DNA from: Felis catus
Lineage: Eukaryota
Length of the DNA: 64,000 nucleotides
Assembly (NCBI RefSeq): GCF_018350175.1
Contig: NC_058368.1
Location: forward strand, 23,128,001-23,192,000
Direction: 5' to 3'
Under the pieces are notes generated by a model, which was not told where the DNA came from, searched no databases, and saw only the letters and a list, made by a program, of their open reading frames with translations. Shown one piece after another: positions 62,804 to 64,000 of this stretch (position 1 is its first letter; the number at the start of each line of letters is the position of its first letter). The position numbers and the translations under genes are program-made.

Positions 62804-64000
62804 GAAAAAACTTACCATAATAATGTCTGATTTTAAGACTAACAGATTGGCTGAAAGTGTTTAGAATGGAAAGCACTGTCTTGTCTTCACCTTCCCTCTT
62901 ACTGCAGTTTTCACAAGGAATCACTTTTAAGCAGTTTTAAATTCTGATGGTTAATCTCCATGTTTAAATAATGTGCTTACACAACTACATTTTGATTTAT
63001 TAGTTTTAGTGTACTTAAAAAAAAATTTTTGTTTCTGATTTGCAAAAGTAATACAACATCCATAGTGGAACATTTAGCAAGTATAGTAAAGTACAAAGAA
63101 AATAAAACTAACATTCTATCTAGAGATCATAGAAATTAACATTTTGGTTCTTTATCTTTTTTAAAGATAAAAGATGGGATGGATTTAAAAATCCACATAT
63201 ATATACATTTTTTTTAAATGAGAATGTATTTCCTGAGGTGCTATATAGTTTTTAATCACATCCTTGCAATGAACTGCAAATTCGATTTTTCTAGCTTTTT
63301 TTCCTTTTTAATATTTAAATGAAACATGACCTATAGAAAAACATTTGTCTTCCAACTTTTGCAATTTCCTGGGAACAAAGTACATTTTTTAGAAGGATAT
63401 CTTTAATAATACATGGAATGAAATGAGTATCCTAGTTTGGAATTCTAACTGAAAGTATAAATTACCTCACAGTTCAATTTCTTTACTTTTGTATTAATGT
63501 GAATCCAATGGCATACCACTATACATAAATTGCGGTTATAACAGTGTCTATTATACAGTATAACAAAATATTGGTTGTCTAATTAAAATATATATATACT
63601 GCAGCCAAGGAAAAGAAGGAGGTGGAAAGGAGAGAGCTGAACCAAATAAGGCAAAATCTTGGTACCTGCTGACTCTGAGTATAGCATGTATGGAAGTTCA
63701 TTGTACTATTCTCTACTTCTGATATATTTGAAAATTTTCATATTAACATTTTTTGTTTTCCACATCAAAAGTGAACTTCACACTCTGGACCCTGTTATAC
63801 GAGATGCCTTTGTTGCTGCCAAAGTTCCAATTCAAGGATGGCAGGCATGGAAAGTGTGGGAATCCACAATAGCAAATGTTCATTGATTCTGTTACAGTTC
63901 CTTAAGCTTTGAGATTTAGGCCACCTGTTAGCTTAGTTTGTTAGGTATGCTACAACAAAAACAGAATCATGACTTAAATGGGAATTTATTTTCACACAGT

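Noticed and set aside
62248..62924. 153-173 aa ORFs with PSPPL / GEGRG repeats
   Set aside because: Direct translation of the (CCCCT)n microsatellite
1..64000. CRISPR array, operon or other prokaryotic-type novel system
   Set aside because: Mammalian intron-containing locus; no regularly spaced repeat-spacer structure and no unexplained long ORFs seen

Overview
Eukaryotic (mammalian) genomic DNA from a carnivore, almost certainly a felid: about 39 tRNA-derived CAN-SINEs are present, several matching the young felid SINEC_Fc type. The only protein-coding gene I can support is a complete MED4 (Mediator subunit 4) on the + strand. It has a CpG-island promoter near 41.3-42.2 kb and 7 coding exons (41561-41685, 49140-49206, 54188-54358, 56350-56407, 57918-58004, 59188-59319, 61414-61586). 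All introns are GT-AG, and the exons join to 813 nt = 270 aa + TAA, followed by two AATAAA signals. The first ~41 kb is intergenic and repeat-rich (CAN-SINE, L1, L2, MIR, MaLR/ERV LTRs, hAT MITEs, microsatellites). Almost all other entries in the ORF track are repeat or low-complexity artefacts. I found no convincing novel multi-gene system. The observations worth a second look are regulatory or structural: an intact-looking solo LTR with a perfect splice donor 1.3 kb upstream of MED4, an in-frame upstream ATG separated from MED4 by a single TGA, tandem CTCF/YY1-like motifs, a tightly inverted SINE pair in intron 1, several nested retrotransposon stacks with readable target-site duplications (TSDs), and a long polypyrimidine tract just past the poly(A) site. 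Repeat family names come from recalled consensus features, not from a RepeatMasker run.
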